Origin: Octopus sinensis
Taxonomy: Eukaryota
NCBI RefSeq assembly: GCF_006345805.1
Contig: NC_042998.1
Span: forward strand, 63,178,001 to 63,242,000
Length of the DNA stretch: 64,000 nucleotides
Direction of reading: 5' to 3'
Shown here: positions 1 through 13,929 of the stretch, piece by piece
Layout: each line of letters starts with the position of its first letter
Numbering within the stretch: the stretch's first letter is position 1
The notes under the pieces: generated by a model
Databases searched by the model: none
Seen by the model: only the letters and a program-made list of their open reading frames with translations
Told to the model about the DNA's origin: nothing
Made by a program: the position numbers and the translations under genes

Positions 1-1384
1 TATATATATATAAGTATATATCTTATTCAACATAGGGGTATGTAGATAGAAAATCTCGTATATGAAGCTGGCTTAGGATTGAGAAATAAACACTTTAGAA
101 TAAGAATATACACCGAAAATCGGCAGTGGTCGTAACGTTTGACAAAATACTTTAACTTCATGGTATTCAATACGACACACTGTGTTCAAATATGGCTAAT
201 GGTTATCTTTTCCTTTTATCCTCCATGGGTCGATAAAATATGCACCAACAAGAATCGATTGATTGGCGGAACTACAAGACCGTCGAACCGTATTCTTTGC
301 GCTTTTATTTATAGATCTTTGTCACTGTGTTCACATCCTGCTATAGCCTACTTCAGCGGCTAGTTTAACACTAATCTTGGTTTAAAATCCCCATCAGCGA
401 GCCCAAGTACGTTTCTGCAAACATTCGGGTCTGGTTTCCCGTTTGAAGATAGCTTATACTCTCCCAGTTGTGTCTTAGACTCTGTAACGGTTCAGGGATA
501 CTGTATTCATTCTTCATTAAAAGATAAAGTAGGTCTACCGAAGGTAACACTTTCCACACATCAGTTATAAATTCACTAACAAAGTTATATATTTGCTTAG
601 TACAGTGCTACTAATAATAGCAAGTTGGTATAAATTACGAGTTCACAGGAAAGCTAGCAAGTAATGGCAATAAACGCCTTTGAATAATTCATATAATCTA
701 TCCATATTTTGACTTCGGCTGCTTCATATTGCATTTTATTTACGGTCGATTAATACCAAGGTAGCACTTCAGTAATCTATAACTTCCCCTCTTACAAAAG
801 CAAATATACTCTGCATCGGGGAGTTTATTATTGCTGAATGTTTCTGAAGCGGCTTCCTTCCTTAAAAAGAGAGCGGCCTTTTAGTTTGACTAATATATGT
901 ATGATGTTACTATTAGCTTTGTAATCATTCTCCTCTCAATCTAATAATGAAGCGAAATACAATTATATTGCTCGGATATATCATTCGGTTTTAGCTTAAT
1001 AACTTTTAAAAACATGTTGATATTAATATCGAGTAGATAAAAAGCTTATTTATTTCATAATACCATTAGTAAATATGTCGTATTAAAATGTAATATTATC
1101 AATCTTCACTTAGACCATTTCATAGCTGTTTTAAAAGCAGCCGATTTTATTGGTTACGCTATGAACAGAAAAAATGTTTAATGAATAAAGTCAACTGAAT
1201 AATTTTATTATGAATCTCGCAGCAGATTTCGAGTATATTATTTCGTTATCATAGGGAATTTTCTTTCCGAATGCTGTTTCCACATCTGATCAAGAAAATA
1301 CATAAATCATGAATTCCAACCAAATTTATTGGCCGATTGAACAAGAGGAAGAATGTTGTTCGTTGCATTTATACAAGATCTCGT

Positions 1385-1562
1385 TTCTGATTTCGGTACA
1401 AGGCAAGCATATATGAGGGAGAAGAGTTAACCCTATTGTTCAAGTATTTTATCGACCCCGAAAGGATGAAAAGCTAAGTCGATGGAATTTCAAGTCAGAA
1501 AATGAAGACAGACGAAACACCACTAAGCATTTTGCCCGGCGTACCAATGATTCTGTCAGCTT
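1385..1562 (-). mobile_element. SINE of the dominant 'gagttcaaattccgccgaggtcgactttgcc' family, degraded
   Basis: The reverse complement matches the body of the copy at 36560-36790 (atcgaccccgaaaggatgaaa...gacagacgaaacaccactaagcattttgcccggcg). Confidence 0.75.
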
Positions 1563-2390
1563 GCTTTCTTTAAATTCCAGAAGAAATGTTGCAAAGCGAT
1601 TTTTTGACGATTTGATTATTCTACAAAACCCACCAAACTTGAATTAAAATACAGATTACAATTACAATTTTCTTTTCCTTTCAAAATACTGGCTCCCGAT
1701 ATCATTTTATTGAATCCCCCTACAGAGAAGGGATCCAGTGAAAACAAAATCGTTGATGTATATGAATATTGGTGACGATTTCTAAAACGAAAGAAATATA
1801 GAAACTGTAATTGAAAAATACTTAAAGATAATATAACATATCTTATCTCTTCCCCATATCGAAAAAAAAAAAAAAAAATTCCTAGAAAAGAGGTTCTTCA
1901 CTTGTACAATCTAATAACAAACCAATAGATGCCTTGCTTTTATAAGAATATTTTTTTGAAATGCTTTTGGGAAATACATTGGAAGATATATATTTTTAAA
2001 GTTTCTTAACAAAAGAATTAGTATTGATTTCTTTAAAATGTGAATCGTATGGATATCAATCATAGTATGTAAGAATGTGTGATGGTATTAGAAATTTCTA
2101 AAAATATTTCCCAAAATATACTTACGTTAGAATATTAATATTTAGTTTGTGGTTATTTACAAAGTCTGCTGCAGCCGAACAAATTTTTTGTGGTAGATCT
2201 AATACATTCCTAAGGACATTGCAAGTCACAAAATTTGGTATGTAATGAAGGCAGATAAAAAAGGGATTGTGATGAAAAAGTGATTGTTCATGGATGAAAC
2301 GTTTTCCCGGAAGTAACACAACATCGCAGAATCATTATTATAGTACGGCGTCGTTATGGAAAGATGTTTCTTTCACAGCTATCCATCCAT

Positions 2391-2513
2391 TTATATATGT
2401 ATATACATATACATATACATACACATACACACACACACCAACACACATAGATAATATATATATATATAATATATATATATATTATATATATATATATATG
2501 TGTGGGTGTGTGT

Positions 2514-2554
<41 letters not shown>

Positions 2555-2562
2555 TATATATA
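2391..2562. repeat. Compound (TA)n/(CA)n/(TG)n microsatellite
   Basis: Read directly from the sequence. Confidence 0.95.
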
Positions 2563-2699
2563 ATCAAAGCAATGGAGAAAGAGAAAAACAAGAAAAAAAA
2601 ACACGAGGATGTGGTACATGCAAAATATTAATAAGACACTCAGAGGAGGAAAGAAGAGGGGTTTTATTACGTTTCGAGCAAAGCTCTTCTTCAGAAACC

Positions 2700-4100
2700 G
2701 GAGACATGGGAAAGTCAAACAAGAAAAAGGAAGAAGTGGGAAAAAATCGGTGCACTCAAACATATGCATGGAGAACACATAACACTATTAAGTTCAGTGC
2801 GACATGCAGCATCATTTGGAGGAATGGGAAAGATGATGGAATGGGAATCCAATATGTGGACACAACTACATCTAAATGCAGAGAACGTCTGGACGGAATT
2901 GAAGACGTCGAATTGCTATGGAGATTATTTTGTTCGTCCGCCTCTTCTTCGGCGTACAATGCCGTAGATCTAAGCATCTCGTTCAGTAATTACCCTAAGA
3001 CGTTATCTGAGAAGATGGCTTAAAAATCTTGATTTGGAAACAAGTTCCTCCTTTTGCGCAGGCAGTAAACTGAGGGCTGGAAGTTGCAGTAGAGATAGTA
3101 AAATCGTCGAAGGCGACGCCACGAGGGGAATTTGAGGTTAAGATGTATTCTGACTTTACAATGGCCAATAAAGTATTCTGGCAGACCATCCGCTTGCTTT
3201 GTAACAAGAAACCCTCTTTCACATTTACCGTTTAGAACTCGGCTGGGATTTTTATCTCTGTAGAGATAAAAATCTTGGGATATGGAGAGAAGACTTTGCT
3301 GATCTGAATCAAGTAACAATAAAATTTTCGGCTGAATACCTGGTTCATCCAGAGGCAAAGTTTAATCTCACGTTATATAGGCAATAAAATCACTCAAGTG
3401 AGGCAGGGCCGATTGGAGGATGAAATTCGGCCAACGATGTTAAACATCTTAAACGAAGAAGCTCTTCTCTGCCTCGGTTATGCTTTAATAATAAAGCTAA
3501 TGCAACAAGGATAGATAATCACAATTTTTAAAAAGAAAATCAAGAAAGAGTGCTATAATTATTGGTGAATCTTCTTGTAGATCCTCTCCGTAAAGTCTTT
3601 GTTAGTTGTCTGGATAAGAGATGTAGGGATATTGCTGACCCCAACATGTTAACAGCTTGTCTTCCGTTTTCGATGCAGCACATCCGATCAAATATTCACT
3701 CTATGGCAGGTTTTCGAGAAATGGTGCAAATATTGCCAAGAAGCGTGCATTTGCTTTGTAGAGCTATTAAAGTCATATAACAGCGGGCCGTAGGACACGC
3801 TATGAAAGGTTTTACAGGAGATTAGGATTAGTAGGGAACCAAGTTGCTGTCAAGTCGCTATACGAATGCTCAATTTTCTGCATTCGGGTAAATTATGCTC
3901 AGTAGAAACCTTTCAATTGGGTGTTGAAATTCAGCAGGGTTGCTTCTTTTCACCTCATCTATTCATATTTTATATGACGTGCGGTAGGAATGTCGCAGGA
4001 ATGAATCGCATGACGGAGGTTTCAAGTCGAGCCAGCTGGTATGTGACCTTGGGGTAGACGAAGAATGAGACAGTATCAGTTGGTTACGGTGCAAAATCCA
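2700..4100 (+). mobile_element. RTE-clade LINE fragment (endonuclease-RT linker and RT), pseudogenised
   Basis: Frameshifted translations give DGIEDVELLWRLF, FTMANKVFWQTIR..ILGIWREDFADL, IFKKKNQ..ECYNY, an R-S-D-Q-I-F-T-L-like segment (~3680) and an IQQGCFFSPHLFIFYM segment (~3930-3975), all RTE/Expander-type RT motifs. Many stops and indels. Confidence 0.8.
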
Positions 4101-4189
4101 GTCGGAAAGTGTAACGTCAATTGTTTCTTATAAGAAAAGATGCCACAACTCTCTGCCTCTCGACCATCCCTGCAACAATGAGCATAGAG

Positions 4190-4935
4190 AATGAATGGAT
4201 ATAAGTATAATACAAAATGGGACAAGAACGCAAAACATCCGGATAGCTAGGTGATACAACAATGGGACAGAGTCATTCAAAGTTTTCTTTCCTCACTCAA
4301 GTACCAGACTATCTTCGCAATTTCGCTGATTATACTCGAGGTTGCTCCAATCTGGCCATCTCCAAGGAAAAACTAAGCTAACAGCATTAGATTCCTTGGA
4401 AGAAAGTAGCGAATGTATACAAAACAAGGACAGAAAAAGACGGACAATGTTACACATATCAATACAAAATAATAACAGGATATAACAACAGGTGTCGTTT
4501 GGCTAAGGACGAATTAAATTAAACTGGGGTGTGTGGAAATGAAGCCTTACGGCAGAGGTACAAGGTTTCACAGGCACAGGAGGAATATCGATGTTGCACG
4601 GACAACGGCCAGACCAAGAAATAAAGATCAGGCTTGGCCGAACGCCGGTCACGTGGAAAGAGAAGAGAGAGAGGTAGAAGCAGAGGGACAGAAGAATTAA
4701 GGAAGGGCGAGAAAAATGACAGGTACACAGTGAAGTGAAAATTGGAGGAAAGTGAGCAAGGAGGGAAGGCAAAGAAATGTGAGAGAGGGGGAACGAAAGA
4801 ACGAAGTGTGGAATGAATGAATAAGCATGAAAGGGCTGGGTGGCCAAAAACAGTACACCTTACATAATAAATGGAACAGTTAAAGCCCAAACCACGGTTA
4901 AGAGTAATTCCGAAGGGAATGAAAAATACAAACAT
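4190..4935. repeat. Unclassified probable interspersed repeat with purine-rich tract
   Basis: GC-richer block with a GA-rich tract (4650-4830) and no credible protein match by eye. Confidence 0.35.
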
Positions 4936-6169
4936 TTTCAATAGTTACCACTTGTACCTAGGTTTCGAAAATTAATTAAATAAAATATTTTGTTATGCGT
5001 GTTCTCATCAGAAAGGGCGCTAAAAATTAACGTATAATTATGTGACAAATATACAACACTTGTCCCATCTTTGTACAAGATAATTTTTCAAGTCCACTGC
5101 GCAAGCGCAGTTATAGTTTGTAGGAAATGAAAATATATGTATCGACTTTCTTCAAAATTATATATATGCATGTATATGCAGAGGTACCTATACAGATTTA
5201 TGCAAATATATGTAAATATACGCAGTTATATGTGGATGTGCGTAAAACTGTTGTTTATATGTGTGTATGTGTATGAATGTAGAAGAGTTGTGATTGTGTA
5301 TGTAACAGAGTTATTGCTGATTAACATAAGTCTTTGTCTCTCATTATTGAAAGATTTTAATTAGCAAAGCGTATACACATAATAATCTACAATTTAGAGA
5401 TGCATTCAGTGTAAATATATTTTTTTCTATTCAGTTAAACATTTTCTTACTGAGTTTCTATTTGTGACCCATGGGAGGACGACACATGCATAGCTGTAAA
5501 CATAACGCGCAAAATTCAATTATCACTCGCAACGTTAGAATATTTGTATTAAAAAAAATATTTTCAGTTAATTGAATTGTTACAAGTTGTCTCCCTTATT
5601 TATTCTGAGAATTAAAGTTTTATTAATGATAATGATTTCCTTCTCATTAGGGCTACAATACCAATTAATTAATTAAATATTACGTTCAGCTCATCATCTG
5701 GGATGTGAAAGAGTTTATTAAGCTCTATTTTGTACATGCAGAAGGCACCATTGGGAAATCTTCTAATGTTATTTCTTTAATTTAGCCAATTAATGAAATT
5801 TTTTTTGACACAAATGAATAATTGTATTTGTACTTCTAATCTCTCATTAACCCTTGCGTTCACTATGCATCAAAAGTGTTGACCACTGACACAAATATAC
5901 GTCCAAAATATATAATGTTGAGCACAAACATCAGGTTCATTGAATTTCTCACTTCTGACTGTTAGAAGGAATTTTGTAGTCTCTCATTCGACATTGTGGC
6001 GAATAAATTATGCATTGAACTTAATATCACCTATTTCTCAAGAGGCAGACCGTTTCAAATAACTAGGCATTATTTTCAGCTCATAATCTTCAGCCTATAT
6101 TCTCTTCGTGTATGACCACCATTGGGAAATTTGACAGTCAATGCACATACATACGTACATGCAGGCATG

Positions 6170-6330
6170 TATACATACTTACACACGTACTTACCTACCT
6201 CCCTACCTCCCTACCTACCTACCTGCATACCTACCTACCTACCTACCTACCTACCTACCTACCTACCTACCTACCTATCTATCTACCTACCTATCTACAT
6301 GCTTGTCTTTGCTTTTGTACATGTGTACGC

Positions 6331-6405
<75 letters not shown>

Positions 6406-6409
6406 CTAA
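6170..6409. repeat. (CTAC)n then (CTAT)n tetranucleotide arrays
   Basis: Read directly; the array abuts the 5' truncation point of the Tx1 copy. Confidence 0.95.
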
Positions 6410-7769
6410 CTATGGGCCGAGAAGATGCTGTCCCTAAAAGGTCGGGCGGAGGTGGCGAGCACGTACATCGAGTCCGTCATCTACTACCGCCTGACCGTGG
6501 TGCCTTGTCCCGACCCTACCTTCACCAAACTAGAACATTCTCTTCTGCTTCTTGTGGAAAGGATGGTCAAGCAATCTGTTTGCTGCCAACACCCGTTAAA
6601 AGGAGGGCTGGGCAGGACATGGTTGATGCGCTGACACGCGCTGAGACTAAGACACCTCCGGCTCAACGTAGATGACGGTGAACAGGTGTGGTCGCCGTTT
6701 GTGAGGAGCGCTTTCCCGCAGCTCGTCTCCATGACCGAAATGCAGTCGTGGCTCAAAAAGAGGCCAAGGAAGGCCGAATGGCCACCCCGAATGTCACGTT
6801 GCTCTCAAGCAACTATGCCGTTCCGGATCGACCTTGAGCGATTTCAACACAACCAAAGCATTCTATAGGGGATTAGTGGAGGGGAGGTACGACGACAATC
6901 TCGGGGCGAACCAGGGCATTGACTAAGAACAACTGACCCGCCTGTTCAAGACAATTTTCGGGCCGGGACCTATGGATAACTTCCAAAGATTCCTGACCCG
7001 ACAGTGCTATCGAGAAGCGCTACCCTTTCGGGATAAGCTCTACAGGCATGTCTCAAGAAACACGGGGCCGACCTGTCCGAGATGCGATCAGAGCGACGAA
7101 ACTGTTCTGCACGCACTCGTACAGTGTCCAACCATTTCCGACCTGTGGGCCTATGTCGAACGACTGGAGTGTGGGAGGAGTCGGTTTATCAACCGAGTCT
7201 ATCGTGAATATTGTCGCGCTTCTTTCCTTGAAATGGGAAGGGAGAGCCATTTTCATCGTAATTGTGGCTATGGCGAAAGAATGTGTATGGTGGACGCGTC
7301 TGAAAGGTCTAGACACAAACACTTTCTCTCTGGTCAATCTCTCATCAACTTCTTCAAGTATCACTTGAAGTGGAAGGTGAGAGTAGAGAAGGAAGTTTTG
7401 ACTGGTGAATGTTTCAAAAAAATGTGTGTGAATGTAGCAAGAATTGCATGTGTGAATGACGGAGCCAGCTTGAACATAATCCTATGAATCAAAAGAAAAA
7501 AAAACAAAAGGAAAAAAGAGAGCCACTCACTCTGTGATTTCTTTTTGCATGACACTATTGCCCAAGGTTCTCTTGGTCTTTTCTGTAGGCGTTTCTATCC
7601 AAGGACAAACCTAATGTGTTTTCCCTTTTTACATTGACATTTCTATGATACACGATCCCTATTGATCGGCCCCAGATTTTTCCTTTTTTCCTTCTCTTCT
7701 TCCCAAAAAGAAAAGCTTTACTTTGTATTTTGTCCCTTCTGTGTTCAGCCCTGCTTGGGCAATAAAAAA
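6410..7769 (+). mobile_element. 5'-truncated Tx1/L1-clade LINE (ORF2 C-terminus with CxxC zinc finger, plus 3'UTR), copy 1
   Basis: Collinear with 53945-55320. The ORF at 6972-7487 contains WxCYREALP..CPRCDQSDETVLHALVQC. It ends with aataaa followed by (CTAT)n. Confidence 0.9.
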
Positions 7770-7773
7770 CTAC

Positions 7774-7870
<97 letters not shown>

Positions 7871-7872
7871 AG

Positions 7873-7952
<80 letters not shown>
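7770..7952. repeat. (TATC)n array
   Basis: Read directly. Confidence 0.95.
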
Positions 7953-7954
<2 letters not shown>

Positions 7955-8039
7955 ACTTGAGCATAATACTATGAACCCGGAAATTTATAACAGAGGGTTA
8001 CCTACTTGCAAACAAATGTGGTAACATGTAACAATATTG

Positions 8040-8330
8040 ACCGAGTTTACCGTGGTCGTTTCCGTAGGCTTTTCTTCTCACGGATAAACCTTATCTGCTC
8101 CCCCTTATCACCTTACATCATGACACTGTGATACACGATCCCTATTGATCGTTTTTTTGTTTTCTTTTGTTTCTTTTCCTTTTTTTCTTTTTTTCTTCAT
8201 TTTCTTCTTTCCACCTTACGATCAATTTTGATCGAAAACCTACCCCACCTTTTTTTCCCCCAAAAAAGAAAAGCGCTACTTTGTAATCTGTCCCGTCTGT
8301 GTTCAGCCCTGTGTGGCTAATAAAGAAACA
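8040..8330 (+). mobile_element. Tx1 LINE 3'UTR-only fragment, followed by (TATC)n at 8331-8480
   Basis: Repeats gatacacgatccctattgatc and tgtgttcagccctg...aataaag from the copy-1 3'UTR. Confidence 0.8.
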
Positions 8331-8358
8331 TATCTATCTATTTGTCTGTCTGTCTGTA

Positions 8359-8461
<103 letters not shown>

Positions 8462-8689
8462 ACCTATCTATCTATCTATTTCTGTCATTCAAAACGTAAG
8501 CTCATTTTAACAGTTTTTATACTTACCCCATTACAATCATTGAAGGGTGCCAGACTAAGCATTTTACAATGGAATTTTTTTACCTAAATAGCTACATAAA
8601 CATAGAAGCAAGCCGAAATGTAAGAACGATCCAAGGGCGAGTTTCAGAATGTTGATCTACACGACTTAATAACAAACGAATTTGAGATA

Positions 8690-9050
8690 CACTTGAAGCA
8701 AAAGCTACAGAGCAAAATTTTTACAACAAATGTTTCTGAAAACTGCGAACATCGGCGAGTTCCACAAAGCAAGAAAGAGCAGTAAAATCTAGTATTGCAA
8801 GAGTTGAGGAAAATGTGTATGACACGCCAGTCATGCAATAGTTATTTTGAAATACCGTCATTGGAAAAATTACATTCCCAGAATAGTCCAAAAACTCAAT
8901 AAACATGATCTGGACCAAAGAGTAGGGTTTTAGAGTGATACTTTGCAAGATGGATAAAATGTTCATAATTATCCTCCAAAGATTGTTTGGAGTAACTAGA
9001 CTACATTTAAATTAAATGAATCAGTAAATCGCTGGTACCAAATATTCCGC
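8690..9050 (+). mobile_element. Tc1/mariner transposase remnant
   Basis: Frameshifted peptides IVQKLNKHDLDQRVGF and KIVWS..TFKLNESVNR (SDEATFxLNGxVNR motif). Confidence 0.7.
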
Positions 9051-9234
9051 ATATTACAGTATGATATGGTTTATTAAATCAAATAATTTGGTTAATCATT
9101 TTTGACAGTACTATGACAGGTTCCATTCACATGAACATACTCCGACAATCTGTGATGCCAATCATTCAGGAAAAGAGTAAAGTGCTGTCAATTGCAGCCT
9201 GTAAATTCATCTTCATTTTTGTATTTATCCATGT

Positions 9235-9780
9235 TCAAGGTGGGGCAGAGAGGATGGCCCTTTTTGAAATGGCTACTTCTCAGCCCCAGTAGGTGGAACA
9301 TATATCCGTGGTGTCTTAGCCTCTTTTTTCCCTTTTCAGGTAAAGCCATGTCGCTGTTTACGACAAAGCATCGCGTGTTTGCTTACGACAGTTACGTGAA
9401 GAATAACGTCTGTCACAGCAGTGCAGCGTGAGTTTCGGCGCCACTCTAACATTCACCGAAATCAGGCTTTTCTCAACCGTAACACAATCATCTTACCTTG
9501 TGTGAATGCAGTATTTATACGAGGTACACTGATGAATAGAAGACCGGTGGCAACGCCACGAGCAGTACGGACCTTGGAAAATGTGAAATGCGTCAGACAA
9601 CTTCCAAGAAAGCCTTTCCAAGAAAGCATCAATGAAAACGGATACCGCATGATGGATGTTGTTTTCCACACTTAATTCGGACAAATGCTAATTCAATTGA
9701 TGTCAATAAAATTTGTTTGCATCAGAAATTAAGGATTTTGTGAATTTTTCGAAAACCTCCACCTTCTCAGCTCCAAAGAG
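9235..9780 (+). mobile_element. Internally deleted Tc1/mariner element (N-terminal HTH region plus extreme C-terminus)
   Basis: MSLFTTKHRVFAYDSYVK..VQREFRRH..TPRAVRTLENVKCVRQ is a typical mariner N-terminus, followed by a DVVFHT* type C-terminus. Confidence 0.7.
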
Positions 9781-10094
9781 TGGTTAATTAAGTATATGTA
9801 AATGTATTCACGTATCCAAACTTTCAGCCATGTCCAGGGAGTTTAAATTTTTGATGAGATTTCTTATATTTTATTCGCGATACGAATAAAATATGAGATA
9901 AGTCCAACACCTGTTTCTTCGGGTTCAGAGATCCATTATAATGTTGGTAGATGTAGTCCGTCACAATAAAATGGCTGCAATGGAAGTAATCATCATTGGC
10001 TGGATATGGCGAGCCACCGCCATCATGGCAGAAAAGAACTTAGATTTTCGGATATGAATGCAGAAAAGTTCAAGGATGGAATAATTAAATGTAT

Positions 10095-10147
10095 ACATAC
10101 ATGCATAGATATATGTATATATATATTATATATATATAATATATATA

Positions 10148-10201
<54 letters not shown>

Positions 10202-10326
10202 TATTATATATATGTGTGTGTGTGAGTGTGTATTTATATATATATATATGTATACACACACACACAGACTGACTCACACACACATATAGATAGCTGTATA
10301 TCATATATATTATATATATACATATA

Positions 10327-10407
<81 letters not shown>

Positions 10408-10561
10408 CGTGTGTGTATGGGTAGAGTTTGCGAAAAAAACAAAATAAGAAGACAGGTGGTGTACAAAACAACGAATGTATTAGTATAACGCTCAGGAAAG
10501 GGACACAGAGAAAACAAGGAGAGAAAAAATGTGTGTAGTGACTAACGATCTTTTATGCGGC

Positions 10562-10601
<40 letters not shown>

Positions 10602-10677
10602 TATGTATATATACATATATGTATATATGTATATATACAATATATGTATATAGTATATATATATATATATGTATATA

Positions 10678-10727
<50 letters not shown>

Positions 10728-10790
10728 CAAGCACACACACACACACACACACAGACACACACACACAGACACACACACACACACATAAAC
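10095..10790. repeat. Compound (TA)n/(TG)n/(CA)n microsatellites around a short Penelope-derived fragment (10430-10560)
   Basis: Read directly; the fragment resembles 43085-43290. Confidence 0.85.
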
Positions 10791-11062
10791 CAAAGCATAG
10801 AAGTAAAATTTATTAATATAATATACAAAATGGTTTTATCTCTAATTTAATTTATATTTATACTGTAAAATTAGATTTAGGATTAAATCTAATTTTTCCC
10901 TGTAAGTTTGGATTTACTCCCTAATATTATTATATATATATATATATATATAACAATTTAGGAGTGACCCCAACAGGTCACTCGTCCACCAGAAAGAGCA
11001 GCCATAACTCACACCGCCAAGTAGTAGTAATTCAGAAATTAGGTGAAAATACCCTAAATTGA

Positions 11063-11130
<68 letters not shown>

Positions 11131-11460
11131 ATTAGGCAGTAATCCAAACTTACAGGGAAAAATTAGATTTAGGATCAAATCTAATTTTACAGTATAAATA
11201 TAAATTAAATTAGAGATAAAACCATTTTGTATATTATATTAATTAATTTTGCTTCTATGCTTTAGTTTATGTTTTTCACTGTTTGATTTGCCTAATAGTG
11301 GATTTCTCTCTAATTTAATTTATATATATATATATATAATATATATATATATATATAATCATGTACCATAAAGATACACATGTGCTTCTTCAAATAGTTA
11401 TAATTTCTGACGCTTTTCGTTTTACTTTGATAAATGAGCCACTCGAAATGTCAGTATTTC
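10785..11460. mobile_element. Penelope-type terminal repeat in inverted duplicate, with a hammerhead-like motif at 11422-11455
   Basis: 10785-10925 is the reverse complement of ~11130-11275, and a related sequence lies at 43380-43480. The motif reads tact-TTGATAA-...gagccactc-GAAA-tgtc-agta. Confidence 0.55.
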
Positions 11461-11627
11461 ACATTTTTTTCCTGTTTTCAGCGTCCTACTCATCGTGCGC
11501 AACATGTATTTTATTCTTTGTGTAATTACATTTTGTCCGTTACATTTGAAATTTTTCCTTGACTATTGAAACTTCTGACATTGCCAGCTGTCCTTTCATT
11601 ATTCTCTATGTACAGTTTGTACTATTT

Positions 11628-11769
11628 CACACACACACACACACACACCACACACACACACAACACACACACACACACACACGCACACACGCACACTCAC
11701 GCACACACACGCACACACAAACTCTCACTCACACACACACACACGCACACACAAACTCTCACTCACACA

Positions 11770-11810
<41 letters not shown>
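11628..11810. repeat. (CA)n-type microsatellite
   Basis: Read directly. Confidence 0.95.
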
Positions 11811-12354
11811 TATCAATATAAATTTAAGTGATGTTTCTCTGTCCATTACGTTTCTATGTTCGTTAACTCCTCCTAGGCCGTTGGTGCAAGTACAAGGAAA
11901 CTCAAACCAGCAACACCTCTAATCCCAGGGATTGTCCTAAGGTGGTCTATTTTTTAAGAACCGCCTAATTAGTGGCCCACTAGCCACAACCACTATTTCT
12001 ACTGTATTTTAAAGTAAATTGGCATTGGTGACCAAGTCGGAGCTATGACAATGAATTTAAATATCATGAATTTCCACGGAGTACCGTGATGAGCTTCAAT
12101 TTCTGAAGAGCCTCTTACCCCACCGCTGACCCCACCGATATTTCTACCACATTTACCTCTCTCCTATGCTTATTGATTAAACTTTGATCAGCATCAGTGC
12201 TTAGCATATTTGCATGAATAATTATCATTGTAGACGGGTAGAGGGTCGCGATGCGGCCCGATAGTGGGGACGAAGGCCCCAAAGTTGTCCTCTCCAGGAG
12301 GTAGCCCGAAAGCTAATATATATATATAATATATATATATATATATGTATATAT

Positions 12355-12385
<31 letters not shown>

Positions 12386-13034
12386 CACACACACACACAC
12401 CACACACACACACATATATATATATAATATATATATAATATATATATATAATATATATATATATATGTATGTATATACAAACGAGTAAGTACGTTATTGC
12501 AAGGCAAGGTGGAAAAAATAGTACTCGAATACCGAAGATGGGGTACTTGATCACAACAGACCGGCAAACGACTACGTGAAACTGAGTTTTCGTGATGTTT
12601 TTACCTCTATAATAAAATGCACACGCACACACGCACACTCACGCACACACACACACGCACACTCACGCACACACACACACACCACACACACACACACACA
12701 TATGGTTAATGTATATATGATTTGCAGTGTATTTATAAAAAAACGTGTTTCTGATACTCATATTTCTGAGTGGTGTAACACTGTGGAAACTTAACCGTAG
12801 GACATGAGATGCAATTTAATTCAAATGGCAAGATCTGGCATTTCTTCAGTCGGAAACTGTTGTTCATATTTTCCCCAAAAATATATTAGACACAACATGG
12901 TTCTTGTAAAATAGAACAAACTGAAACATCAAAGCACTTTAACGCAGGTAAAATTTATATTAGTTCCCACATCTACTTACGCTATGAGCGTAGTCACATT
13001 CTGCAGACAACAGCAACATAAACACTATCACTGC

Positions 13035-13041
13035 AACCACC

Positions 13042-13095
<54 letters not shown>

Positions 13096-13154
13096 AACAA
13101 TATACAACAAAAATATCAACGGCAATAATAGCAATGATAATGATAATGATAATG

Positions 13155-13188
<34 letters not shown>

Positions 13189-13229
13189 TATTATTATTAT
13201 TATTGTTGTTGTTATTATTATTATTATTA

Positions 13230-13282
<53 letters not shown>

Positions 13283-13300
13283 ATGATAATAGTAATAATA
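13035..13300. repeat. Compound trinucleotide array (CAC)n-(CAA)n-(GAT/AAT)n-(ATT)n
   Basis: Read directly. Confidence 0.95.
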
Positions 13301-13929
13301 TTGAAGAAGAAATGCAAAGTGATGTTTTAATCAAAGCAAATAATGTTAACTTCTTACAAGCTGAGAATTAATATTTCGAAAGATATTCTCGTAATTAATT
13401 TTTTTTTTCTATTTTACATTATGTTAAATCTTGATTTATTAATACTTCAATATAACCAATTACGCTGTATGTGATTATGCTTTTATATCTTCGTAATTAA
13501 TTTTAGTAAAGATCGATTCTATATGAAATATAGTAAAGGAGATATAATATTTCTACAATAACTGTGACTAATAGAGAATGAATAATTTGTGATGTTTACA
13601 CCTCACCGTTATAAAGACAAGACGACACGTTGTATAATGCAGTCCTATATACAATGTGTCTTGAAAAACAAGATATGATGGTTATGGCAGGAAGGATTTC
13701 CTTATAGTTTCACGCAGTCAGGGTGGAGCTTTTAACATAAAGTGTGTCGAAGTAATATGCAGGTAATTTTTTACTCAATAATATTACTTTACAGTATTTT
13801 CCCATGAGCCCCAGTATCTCTAACATCGGTCACTCGATTTCAATGTTGTATAAGTGAGCGACATCACGACAATGCCTCTGATATTGATGCGGATCCGTTG
13901 CAGGGTTCAATGGAAGTAATCTTTGAGAA

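Noticed and set aside
364-546. Open 60-codon + strand frame ending at aag|gtaaca
   Set aside because: The acceptor is poor, no domain is recognisable, and an equally long frame exists on the other strand; this is compatible with chance.
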